Origin: Bigelowiella natans CCMP2755
Lineage: Eukaryota; Protista; Cercozoa
Length of the DNA stretch: 54,862 nucleotides
Assembly (NCBI GenBank): GCA_000320545.1
Contig: ADNK01003251.1
Coordinates: 1 to 54,862 of the forward strand
Reading direction: 5' to 3'
Position 1 is the stretch's first letter, and every line of letters starts with the position of its first letter. Made by a program: the position numbers and the translations under genes. Below, one piece after another: positions 42,099 to 52,304 of the stretch. The notes under the pieces were generated by a model. The model was given only the letters and a program-made list of their open reading frames with translations, was not told where the DNA came from and made no database searches.

Positions 42099-44416
42099 AT
42101 GTATACCTGCAGGAGTATCGTGTATGCTAACACTAGCGAGGGAATGGAGGTCAGTTTGCCGTTGTCTGAACAGGGAATAGGGTTGCTCTAGAACAGAGCT
42201 TTGCTACGTCATCAATGCTACTTTGCAAGGCGTCAGTGGGTTTCTACCTAATTGTGCTTTTTAGGTTGTGCTCGAAGCATCACCTGATGAGCCTTTTTGC
42301 ACGTTGAAGCAAAAGATTCAGGATCTAGAAGGAAAGGCAGTTCCGGAGGCGAAGGATGGTAGCGGTATTCGTTGCTTGTTCCTGTCGCAACCATTGGTCG
42401 TCGTATTCACACAGCAGCACTTAAATGGAGGAGGGAAAGCCATGCGTAACACCAAAGTATTTACAAACCAGTTTAATTTAGAGAATGTGAAGAAGGGTGG
42501 TGCGTATGATGAAAATAGGTCCGTAATAATTCGCCAGCGGCCTATGTTTTATTCTTAACTTGCCAGATCTTTCAATAATCTACTATCGTGTTCTCTTCCT
42601 TCAAGCATTTAGTTTTGAGACAGCATATCATTTTGGATTTGAAGTCGAATACACTTGAGAAATTAAACAAGGACATATTTTTACGGATGTTGGAATACGC
42701 TGGTATGAACGATGTCTTTCTCATGCAGTTTTGCGTCTATGATATAAGAAAGAGTTGCTGCTGTTTTCAGATATAAATGCGTTAGCTGCCTTGCTCGGAA
42801 CAAGCAGGTGCTTAGCCAAGCGATTGGAAGATAGAGGTATGGAGGTTATTAAATATTTCTATGCTTGGATGGTAAAACCGACGTTCTAAGTCAAGTGCCG
42901 TCGCCGTGTTTTATCTGCATCTCATCAATCATCTTATCGTAGCGGTGAATATATCTTATTAGAAATATGGAGACGTTGTATAAGTAACCAGGGCTCTACT
43001 ACTTCGAAAGACAAAGTCGCACGACGGATCTTTAAGGTATAGTGACTACAACTCCAAAAATCACACGTAGTTTAAACACAGCAGTCCACGGAGAATCGAA
43101 TCCAGTAGTGGCCCATTGAGGAAGAAGACAGGCAGTCAGTCATCAGAGTTTTGAGGAAGCAGCATCATGATCAGAGGAATTTTCACCCTTGCATACCCTG
43201 ATGATTTGCTCTTTCCTCTAACATGATTCTTGATCTAGGGCATGAGGAGAGAATATGAATCCTCCTCCTCCTCCTCTGCCTGGATTGGATGGCTTTCTCC
43301 CTTTTGTAGCCGAATGCAAGCGTACCACGTGGCCAGGTAATAATAAGATCTGTTGACATTATTCGAATATTTGCTTACAGTTATTTTAGACTTAGAGGCT
43401 ATTTTATTTCAAAATGAGCTACTTCTTTTTTTTACATGATCTTTTGCTACTACTACACACAAGGCGTTTGTGGAAAAGTGTAGCAAGCTCAGTATCTGTA
43501 GAAACTACATGCAGTCTTCGAGAACCTGCATCAGGTAGTAGTAGCAGCAGCAGAAGACGAAGAAGAAGAAAAGGAAGCTAGTTCAAATGATAACGATGAT
43601 AATAGATTATCATCATCATCGGTTGAAGATGCATGGTCCGTTCAAATGTTTATCTTTGTTGTTTCTTGCAGAGACAGAGCTACGGCTTGTGGAGGAGTAT
43701 ATTGGTTGGCCTATTCCTGTCGCCATTCGTAGCTCTCTGATGGTGTGCGATGGACAAGATGTGATTGGTGCCAGGAAGGGCCTTATACATGGCTTGCCAC
43801 TTCTTTCTTGTGCTCAAATTTGGACGGAAGTAAGTGGTGTACGAGTGTTGCAACTACACCCTACAAGTCATCATCTGATGTTGTGCCAAAAACGATAAGC
43901 TGTTTTTTTTGCAGCTTAATCAACATCAATAATCTTTCTTCTTAATGCTAGCTGTATTATTCGTCCGTAGATGCGATGGCGGCCGAGCATGAAAAAGAAT
44001 GGATTGCTTCCCATCACTGCTGCCCAAGGACACCAACAGGTAGTACTACGTGAATAATCGTTGCGTGTGTGTGTGTTGGTGGGTTAGTACGAGAAGCTTC
44101 AACTATTCATCATAATCATCATCCTTGTCATCACCATCATCTTCTTCTTCCATCTAAGAATAGTTCGTTCATGTTTGTTGTGTGCATCGATAAGTGCCAC
44201 AAATTGACATTTTCTTGTTGCCATCAGATTTGCTGCACGAGGGAGGGGAGCGTCGTATTGCTGGAAGGAAAACAATGCCATTTCAAAAGCCATTCCTTCT
44301 TCCATTTCATTGCAACTTTGTTTGTAGATGGCATGGACCCTCTGTGGAAAGACATAGGTTCTTCTTCTAAGAGTCATAGAAGTGAAAAGGGGGATGGAAG
44401 CGAAGGAGATTGGTGA
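42099..44416 (+). CDS. Ubiquitin-like + F-box + SMI1/KNR4 domain protein, multi-exon
   Basis: VLEASPDEPFCTLKQKIQDLEG (Ubl-like); LEKLNKDIFLRMLEYA|DINALAALLGTSR (F-box); ETELRLVEEYIGWPIPVAIRSSLMVCDGQ...LPLLS (SMI1/KNR4). Confidence 0.6.
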
Positions 44417-45014
44417 AGATTCTAGATTCTAACTAAAAATTTGAAATGATGCTACATGGCCCAGCTAGCCAGTCAGGCACCAACGCCAATCATCTTCTTT
44501 CAATTGCAAAATGCCCAATGATGCCACATGAGTTTGCATGCAATGTTTGTCACATCTCGATGGTCTGATTCATTTGGACGAATGTGCAAAAACACGTCTA
44601 GACTTGTGCGCCATGCGCACACGTGCGCAAACAAAGCAGAGCAGGCTAGCTAGCTGTCAGGAGACCCTGCAGCGCATGAGTGCGGCAGTTCGTTTGTTCT
44701 CCAAACTTGCATTTTTTCAAGGACATCTCGCATGTGAACTGGGAAGGTGTGCACATCGTTTGTGCTGTCATTTTGCTTCTCAAAAGAAAGCGTGCCAAAA
44801 TCAAAATGCATCACAAGTGTCCATGGCGGCTGTCGCCAAATCTTCAGCATGTTCCAGTCTCCTTTTGTTTTGCCAGGTTTCCAGACATCTTCAAAGTTCT
44901 GATGATCGTCCTCAATGGCAAGTTTCGACAGCTCTTTTTCAGTGCTTTGCTCGACTGTCTTGCAAGTTTTGACTTGAGCGCAGGACATTCATTCACTTCA
45001 GGGCAAAGATCATG

Positions 45015-45240
45015 GATCAGGGTCATGGGTTGGGCTCATGGATCAGGCTGGTCATGTGTTGGGGTTGGGGTTGGAGTTGGGGTTGGCTAGTTGGGGTTGA
45101 CATCAGTGTCAGGGTCGTGGGTCAGGATCACAGGTCAGTGTCGTGAGTCAGGGTTGGGGTTGGCATTTGGGGTCAGGGTTTGGGCCAGGGTCAGCATTTG
45201 GGGTCAGGGTTGGCATTCAGGATTGGCATTTGGGGTTGCA
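45015..45240 (+). repeat. Degenerate interstitial (TTAGGG)n-like tract made of TTGGGG and TCAGGG units
   Basis: GGGGTTGGGGTTGGAGTTGGGGTT... and GGGTCAGGGTT...; no intact TTAGGG remains. Confidence 0.7.
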
Positions 45241-45244
45241 CAAC

Positions 45245-45595
45245 CAGCAGAAACTCGCAACATCAGCTTTGCGTGCATGGTGGCCGCACCAAACTTCATC
45301 AAAAAGCTTGGAAAACCACAACAAAACATTCCACTTTGCATGTGCACTCCGATGGACTCTGACGAGCTTCTACATGCTGGCCTGGTGGCTTCCAGTGCGC
45401 TCAAACACCTTCACAACCCGCAGAAATTCGCAACATTGGCTCTGCGAGCATGCCAGCATGGCCGCCGCACTAGCGCACCACAATTTTTTTTCAAAAAGCT
45501 TGGAAAACCACAAAAAAACATTGCCATGCATTGCGAATGCACTCTGGTGGGCTCTGACGAGCTTCTGCTGGCTTCCAATGCGCTCAAACACCCTT
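45245..45595. repeat. ~190-bp imperfect tandem duplication
   Basis: CAAAAAGCTTGGAAAACCACAA...CTCTGACGAGCTTCT...GGCTTCCA.TGCGCTCAAACACC occurs twice. Confidence 0.75.
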
Positions 45596-46631
45596 TGCGT
45601 TGTGTTGAAAATTGAAGCGCGCAAAAGCGTGCAAAAACTCGATTTTGAATTTTTTTTGCAACGCGACGTTCATTCTCAAAAAATATTTTTTTGCTCCGAA
45701 GTTCAAACCGTGTGCAACATTGGTTTGCCAAAAGTGTGCGCGATGCTCAATTGTGGATTTGCATGTCGTGCGATCGAGCCATCGTGTTCAAAACAGCGTG
45801 AGAATTTTCCAAATCTGGGGGTTGGAAAAATGACAAAAGAAACCTGCAAAACCGCATGCAGAGCAGGAAATGCGCGCGCGTGCGCCCTGAAACTTGCTCG
45901 AGCGTTGTTTCTCATCATGTTCGAAAGTTTTCAAGCGTCACTTGGTGTGGTGTTGCGTTGCATGCTGCAGCATTCAGAGTGTTGCATGGTTTCTGCTGGT
46001 TGTGTCAGAACTAGTTTGGAAAGCACTCCTGAGAAGAATGATTGCAAACGCAAACGAGAACATGTGTGCACAACTTGATCATTCCAAATGTTGCATGCGC
46101 ATCCTGATGTCTTCACTTTGTCGTGAGGATGGTTGGGGTCGATCAGGGGGAAAGGTGAAGTTCAATCAACAACACTTGAAATCAGAGTCCTCCATCCAAC
46201 GCCCTCTTCCTGGAATCATTCAGGAAATTGAGGGGACATGGATGGATGGGATGCGAATTGCTAGCAGCAAACCACACATGTGTTGTACATGTCCATTGTG
46301 CGCTGCGATCGAGAGGACGGCCAGGGATCGGTGTGAAACGCGACGACGCATGTCGAAGACGATGCTGCCATGCGATGCACAAGCTAATAGATGAGAATTA
46401 AGGCAGCTCTGCTGACATGTATCGCCGGCTGCGGCGCAGCAGAGCAGCAGAGCCGAAGCAAGCAATAGATGCATGCGCCCTGAAGAAAATGCTAGCTCGC
46501 CTTTTGCTTCGCTCACACAGGCGTCTAATTAACAGATCATTTTTATTATTATTACACATCCGCAGCGCATGTGACACAAACAACGGTGTATGGGTCATAG
46601 AACTGCCAAAGGAGCTACGTGTACGTGTTGC

Positions 46632-48426
46632 TCAGCCAACGCTACCAACATTTCCAGTGACGACATCCCACAGTCCTTGCAACGTTCCAGCCGCCCCGAA
46701 GAACACTCCAGCCACCAACACAATGTAATCAAGAATCCCCGCCCTACCCATTTTAATTTTGCATGCGATCGGGAAAATGATGTTTACTATGGAGGTGGCA
46801 AGTGCACCAACCATAGCAGACATAGCAGCGAACGAATCTCTGAGTGGGATGCTGATTAAAGCAACTACTGCACAGATTAGGAATCGCACCAGCTGCTTTG
46901 GATAAGCATCTCCAAGAAATTTTTGGGCATCGAGTGAGATAATATTAAGAATGATGGGCAAGGTGGACTGTTTGTTGAACGTCATCGCAAATGTAGCAAT
47001 GAGGGCCAAGATCGGATTGGAATGCTTTTCAATGGTGCCGTTTCCTTGAATTCCGAGGTTTTCTGTGAAACTTTGACCAGCGTACGTTCCGAAGAACCAC
47101 CATCCGGCAACTCCGAAAAACGTATATGTAACGAAGGCGAATAGGTAGCTTCCGCGAATCACCATTTTTGCGGACTTCTCGTATTTTAGCCCACGATAAA
47201 TGCCGGGTAGGGTGGATGTAGCCCCCCCGAAGCAGAACATGAGGATTCCAAAGGAGATGAGCAAGTCTGCGTAAGAGTCGGGGTACAGTAATCTGACCGC
47301 TGCGACATTCTCGCCACCGTGTTGCAAGAACTGGATCCCAGCGTAGACAAAAATGATAGCTGATACAGCGATACCCAAGAGTGAACCAAGAGAAAAATGA
47401 GCCAAAGCCTGAGCATCTAACAGCAGGAGCAACCATGCCAGGACCGCGCTTATTATGATGCCTTTGACTCGATCAGCAAGGGCGAACGATAGCAGTTCGA
47501 TGTTAAGTCCGATCACAATGACGAATGCAAACGATGCCATTACCAATTCAAGCCACTGACTGAACACCCCAAAGGTCTGGCCAGCGGTACCAAACGCTTG
47601 TTTTCCCATGAGATTGTAAGTCAGGAGGGCACGAGCTTTCCCAGAGTATTTAATTTCGGAGATGACGACCTCGCTGCAGAACAAGTTGACCACGCACGCG
47701 ATCAAGGTGAGAATCAATCCCCCGATGACCCCGCAGCGCGTGAAGACATACGGCATTGAAAGGACTCCACAGCCGACCATACAGTTGGTGAAGTTTAAGA
47801 ACTGCGCCCATGTGGATACGCGCTCTTTCCCAAATACAATCTGTGTGATTGAGTTGAAGAAGAGTAGAGCGCGGACATCAGAGGAGGGAATCGCTGCCAA
47901 AGAATCTTGAATGAGCTTCTCACGTGTTAATTCAATGAGCACCGCCCGTACGAATTCCTCCCGATCAATTTCCTGGTCATTGTCGAGATCAATCTCTTCC
48001 AAAATGAGATGGGCATCATAGGGAACCTGGGTAGTAGCCACAATTAGAGGGGGGAGAGCAGACACTTGAGAAAGAGAGGTAAAATACATAGTTTTCGGGG
48101 TCAGTAGCGCCGTAATTTTTCACGACGCTTTGCAGTTTCTTTTCACTTTGAAGGTTTTTGAGGAGGCCTTCCTTTTGAACTTTCTCGAGTAAATTTTTCA
48201 TGCCTTCATGGAGCTCCGAGACACTGAAAATGAGAGTTGAATTTAGAAGGAATTTTGATGAACCGTTCGAATTGAGTGATGGCAAGCAGTAGCAGTGTCC
48301 AGCAACATTGCGTTAATGTGTTTGTGCGTGGTTGTTTTTTGTGAGTATGTGATGTAAAAAATTGCCAGATCTTGCCGTCCCCATTCACATCCATCTGCCT
48401 GAATTTCGCCCATGCCTATGTAAAAT

Positions 48427-48470
<44 letters not shown>

Positions 48471-48606
48471 TACATATATGTATGTCATCTCACAGTCCTC
48501 ACACAGACACTTCATGCAGCGGAACGCTGCGAGAACAACCACAAACTTACTAGGCAAAATACCTCACCATCTCTACCTCAGACTTTGTGGAAAACTCGCG
48601 ACGCAT
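46632..48606 (-). CDS. Amino-acid transporter (AAAP/SLC36-38-like) with two N-terminal EF-hands
   Basis: NFTNCMVGCGVLSMPY and about 11 TM segments. EF loops DVNGDGKIC|VSE (spliced) and DLDNDQEIDREE. Confidence 0.9.
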
Positions 48607-49079
48607 AGTTTTTTTCCGGAATCTACGTGATCTACCTGCTCCGTGATGTCCGCCTTAAGCCCCGAATCTATCGAATCTACGTCCCACGTCCTTTGTATGT
48701 ATCGGACCATACACCTCAGTCCATGTCCTGCATTGCAACTTTTCTACTGAACCTCTCACCTGGTCTTCGGCACAGCATTAATGTCTTGAAAGCCCCACAG
48801 TTTTGAAGATGGCATCCAAATTCCAAAGCTCTCGTACCAATTCCCCTCTGAATTTCAACACGGTATACATGACCAACGAAATTAAAGAGTTACTGCAAAC
48901 ATTACCTGCCTCATCTTTGAGCTTTTCTGTGGCCTTTTTGTCCTGCAACCACATTCACTCAGTTAGATGCGACCATGTCCCTCTAGATACAGACGCACCA
49001 TGGTTTTGGATTTCCAACTCTGCAAGGTTACCCGGAATCACCTAGAAAAATCCCCTAAATTATTGGACGCTTTTCACAC

Positions 49080-49739
49080 ATTATTGTGTAACAAACTGAA
49101 TGACCGCCGGTGTCTTAAAATGGAGGAGACCATTACAGAGTAACTGTCTAATGGAGACGGGAACTGATCTTGACCAGTAACCCCCGGGACGTCCGGTAGT
49201 AACAGTCAGGTGTTGTTTGCAGATTATGACTGAAACTGACCGACCACCGGGTTATTCTGTGTTGATTGCACAGTAATGGTTGGCGAAATTTTAAAAATCT
49301 CCTCATCATTGTGCAAACAAACTGACTGACCGCCGGTGTCTTAAAATGGAGGAGACCATTACAGAGTAACTGTCTAATGGAGACGGGAACTGATCTTGAC
49401 CAGTAACCCCCGGGACGTCCGGTAGTAACAGTCAGGTGTTGTTTGCAGATTATGACTGAAACTGACCGACCACCGGGTTATTCTGTGTTGATTGCACAGT
49501 AATGGTTGGCGAAATTTTAAAAATCTCCTCATATCATTGTGCAAACAAACTGACTGACCGCCGGTGTCTAATGGAGGAGACCATTACAGAGTAACTGTCT
49601 AATATGGAGACGGTTACTGATCTTGACCAGTAACCCCCGGGACGTCCGGTAGTAACAGTCAGGTGTTGTTTGCAGATTATGACTGAAACTGACCGACCAC
49701 CGGGGTATTCTGTGTTGATTGCACAGTAATGGTTGGCGA
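49080..49739. repeat. Tandem array of about 2.9 near-identical 226-228-bp units
   Basis: CCGCCGGTGTC recurs at 49104, 49330 and 49558; the units differ only by a few indels and substitutions. Confidence 0.95.
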
Positions 49740-50386
49740 TTAGACCTACATGTATTTTTTTTCATCATGTCGCTACACATCTGTAGCGAGCTGAAGTTGA
49801 TCTACACCCCCAACAGATTCATATCTCAAACGCCATGTCCAAGGTCACGATCCAGAATGAAGCTGGATTCTCCTTAATGCCGATTGTGAATTCCTTTTGC
49901 AAATGTTCGGTGCCAACATCATACCAATCCGAAGGCGTTCGGTCGATCCTTTGTTGTTCGTGATCGAATGGCGCTGATTTGTGGTCTTAACATTGTGTGT
50001 TTAGATTCCCGACTACGAAGCTGTTTTCAACGCCCTCGAATCTGGAAAGGGTTGGGATGCCATCAAAGACAGCTGCACAAAAGATGCTGCCTTCACTTCG
50101 CAAGCCGGCCCACTGCTCAGTATCAAGACATTGCAGGGCTACGCTGGATTCATGCAGGGCGCTAATGCTGCAATGCCTGGCTGCACATTCGAAATTGTGT
50201 CCTCGGCATATGACAAAAAGCGCAACAACGCCCAAATCACTTCAGTTTTCAAAGGTGGAGTCATGTGCCAATTATGATGTACGATGATGATGCAATGATC
50301 ATGATGGTGATGATGTACAGATGATGATGATGGCGATGATGCAAGAATGAGAAATTGATGATGACAACAATGATGACTTTTGCAGG

Positions 50387-50546
50387 TACTCACTCCAAGG
50401 AGGTGAAGGGTTTCCCACCAGTCACTAACAAGTCTACCGTGTCCGACTATACGTACGTGATGTTTTTCGACGAAGACCAGAAGATCAAAAAGATCCTCAA
50501 AGTGTGGAACGCGCACTACTCCGCTGGGGAACTAGGATGGAACTAG
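50387..50546 (+). pseudogene. Orphan terminal exon of a SnoaL/NTF2-like (ester cyclase) protein
   Basis: An AG acceptor after a (GAT)n intron remnant is followed by GTHSKEVKGFPPVTNKSTVSDYTYVMFFDEDQKIKKILKVWNAHYSAGELGWN*. No upstream exons are visible. Confidence 0.55.
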
Positions 50547-51189
50547 GATGGTGCTAGGATGGGTCCCAGGGTGTTGAATGGTGTGAGGATGGGCTGCTAG
50601 ATGTTGATTGATTTGGATTCTGGATCTCAAGTTGAAATCTTCATGTCGAAACCACGTAAAAATTGAAACCACAAAAGTTGTTTCGCGATGCTCGGTCGAA
50701 CAAGGCGCGAGCGCCGCTGACATTTGTGCATCAGCTGCAGGGCAATGGAGCGCAGTGCGCAATGCAAGCTTGCTTGCACACACACATGCACACAACAGCA
50801 GAGTTGCTTGACATGCGCGGTCCTCATCGGATTTTCCTGTCGAGACCGATTGCCTCGAAGTAGGCCTTGCTTCCTCAGACTGACATCGGAACCCAACCTG
50901 TGTCGCACAATGAACACAGTGGGATTTCCCGATGGTTCCAGAAGCATTCTCGAATCCCGAGAATGCCCGAGAGCTTTCCGGAGACTGCCCGGAACCCTTC
51001 TAGAAACCTGATGGGATGAACTAACACTTGCAACTGCAATTTGCAAATTGATGCAATCGTTCAATGAACTCAGAATTCAAACTCTCCACTGAGAGTCACC
51101 TTGTTGCTAGCCCCGTGCGCCACTGCGCCTGCCCTGCAACACGTTCTCACTTTGCTTCAAGTGGGTGGTGTCGCCAAAAATCATGATGA

Positions 51190-51400
51190 ACTACGAGTTT
51201 GAGACCCACAAGTGGGTGTCCATGAAGGAGGAGATGCGATGTCGACGTGTGTGGGGGTGCAGTGTGAGCGCTGCGGTTGCGGAAGTGAAGCTGCATGCGG
51301 TTGGGGGCATGGTGGTGGTCCAGTGGACATCAATCAGCTGAAGAACACGGAGCATCTGGACTTGAAGGATGTGGATGCGGAGGTGGCAGAAGATTGGAGC
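51190..51400 (+). pseudogene. Second kelch-repeat fragment, TpA-mutated and frameshifted
   Basis: KLHAVGG-like and NQLKNTEHLDLKDVDA segments related to the 36.9-37.5 kb kelch repeats. Confidence 0.65.
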
Positions 51401-51903
51401 GGAGATGTCCATGTGTCGGTGGAGAGGTGGGGTGTGGTGGGGTGTTGTTGGTTGTTGGTGCTGTGGTCGCAGAGATGTCGGTGGCGAGGCATTGTGTGGG
51501 CGTTGCGGTTGCGCATGGGAAACTGCACGCGGTTGCGGGTGTGTGTGGTGATCACAAAACGTGTGGAGCACTTGCGAACAGCGGTGTTGAGGCACATGCA
51601 GCATGAGACGCGCCGCCGCATGCTGGAATCTGTTGCGAAGCGATGTGCGGTGCTGTTGCGAAGCAATGTGCCGTGCCAACACGTGTGCGACTGCCATGTG
51701 CCGTTCACACCGAAGCAGCGTGCCAATGCACATGCGACTGCCACAACGTGCACACATCACATGACAATGTGTTGTTGGCAAAAGGATTCCTGTTGATGAT
51801 TTTTGCAAAACATCCAACTGTGATTTTCATTCAAAGAATCATCTCACTGCAAGATCAATGTGAGTTATAGAGTGACATCAATCAAGTCACAAAATGAAAG
51901 CAG

Positions 51904-52268
51904 CACAGCTCTCTCCTTCCTTTACCTTTTGAAGAGTACGGTGCGGTATTATTATTAACAGCAGTAGTGATGATCAAGCTCAGTGCTATTTTTGAGACGT
52001 CGATATTACAGCAAACACAACATAAATATTCAATAACAACACATACTCTGATATCACAACAAGAATAACATAAATAATTAATAATATCACATACTCCGAG
52101 GTCATCAAGGAACTCTTTTCTTTCATCAGGATCCAAATCCACCAATTCAGACTCAACTTGTGCAGATATAATAACAACCTCAGCACCCTCCTAATAAACA
52201 GCATGTAATAGTGACGATGATTATGATGATAATATGCAGAATGATAATGACAATGATGACGGTCAATG

Positions 52269-52304
<36 letters not shown>

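Noticed and set aside
45350-45595. CTGACGA motifs resembling a hammerhead ribozyme core
   Set aside because: No properly placed GAAA or stems II/III could be found.
45091-46394. Overlapping long Cys/His-rich ORFs (174, 311 and 166 aa)
   Set aside because: Same stop-codon depletion artefact; no recognisable protein.
49080-49739. Possible CRISPR array or snoRNA cluster
   Set aside because: Whole units repeat with no unique spacers, there are no cas genes, and no convincing C/D or H/ACA boxes.
37706-51903. Programmed reversible inversion (phase switch) or trans-splicing of YchF
   Set aside because: Only 5 bp are shared, re-inversion through them gives a frameshift, no recombinase is present, and the break lies inside an exon. 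Not formally excluded without reads.
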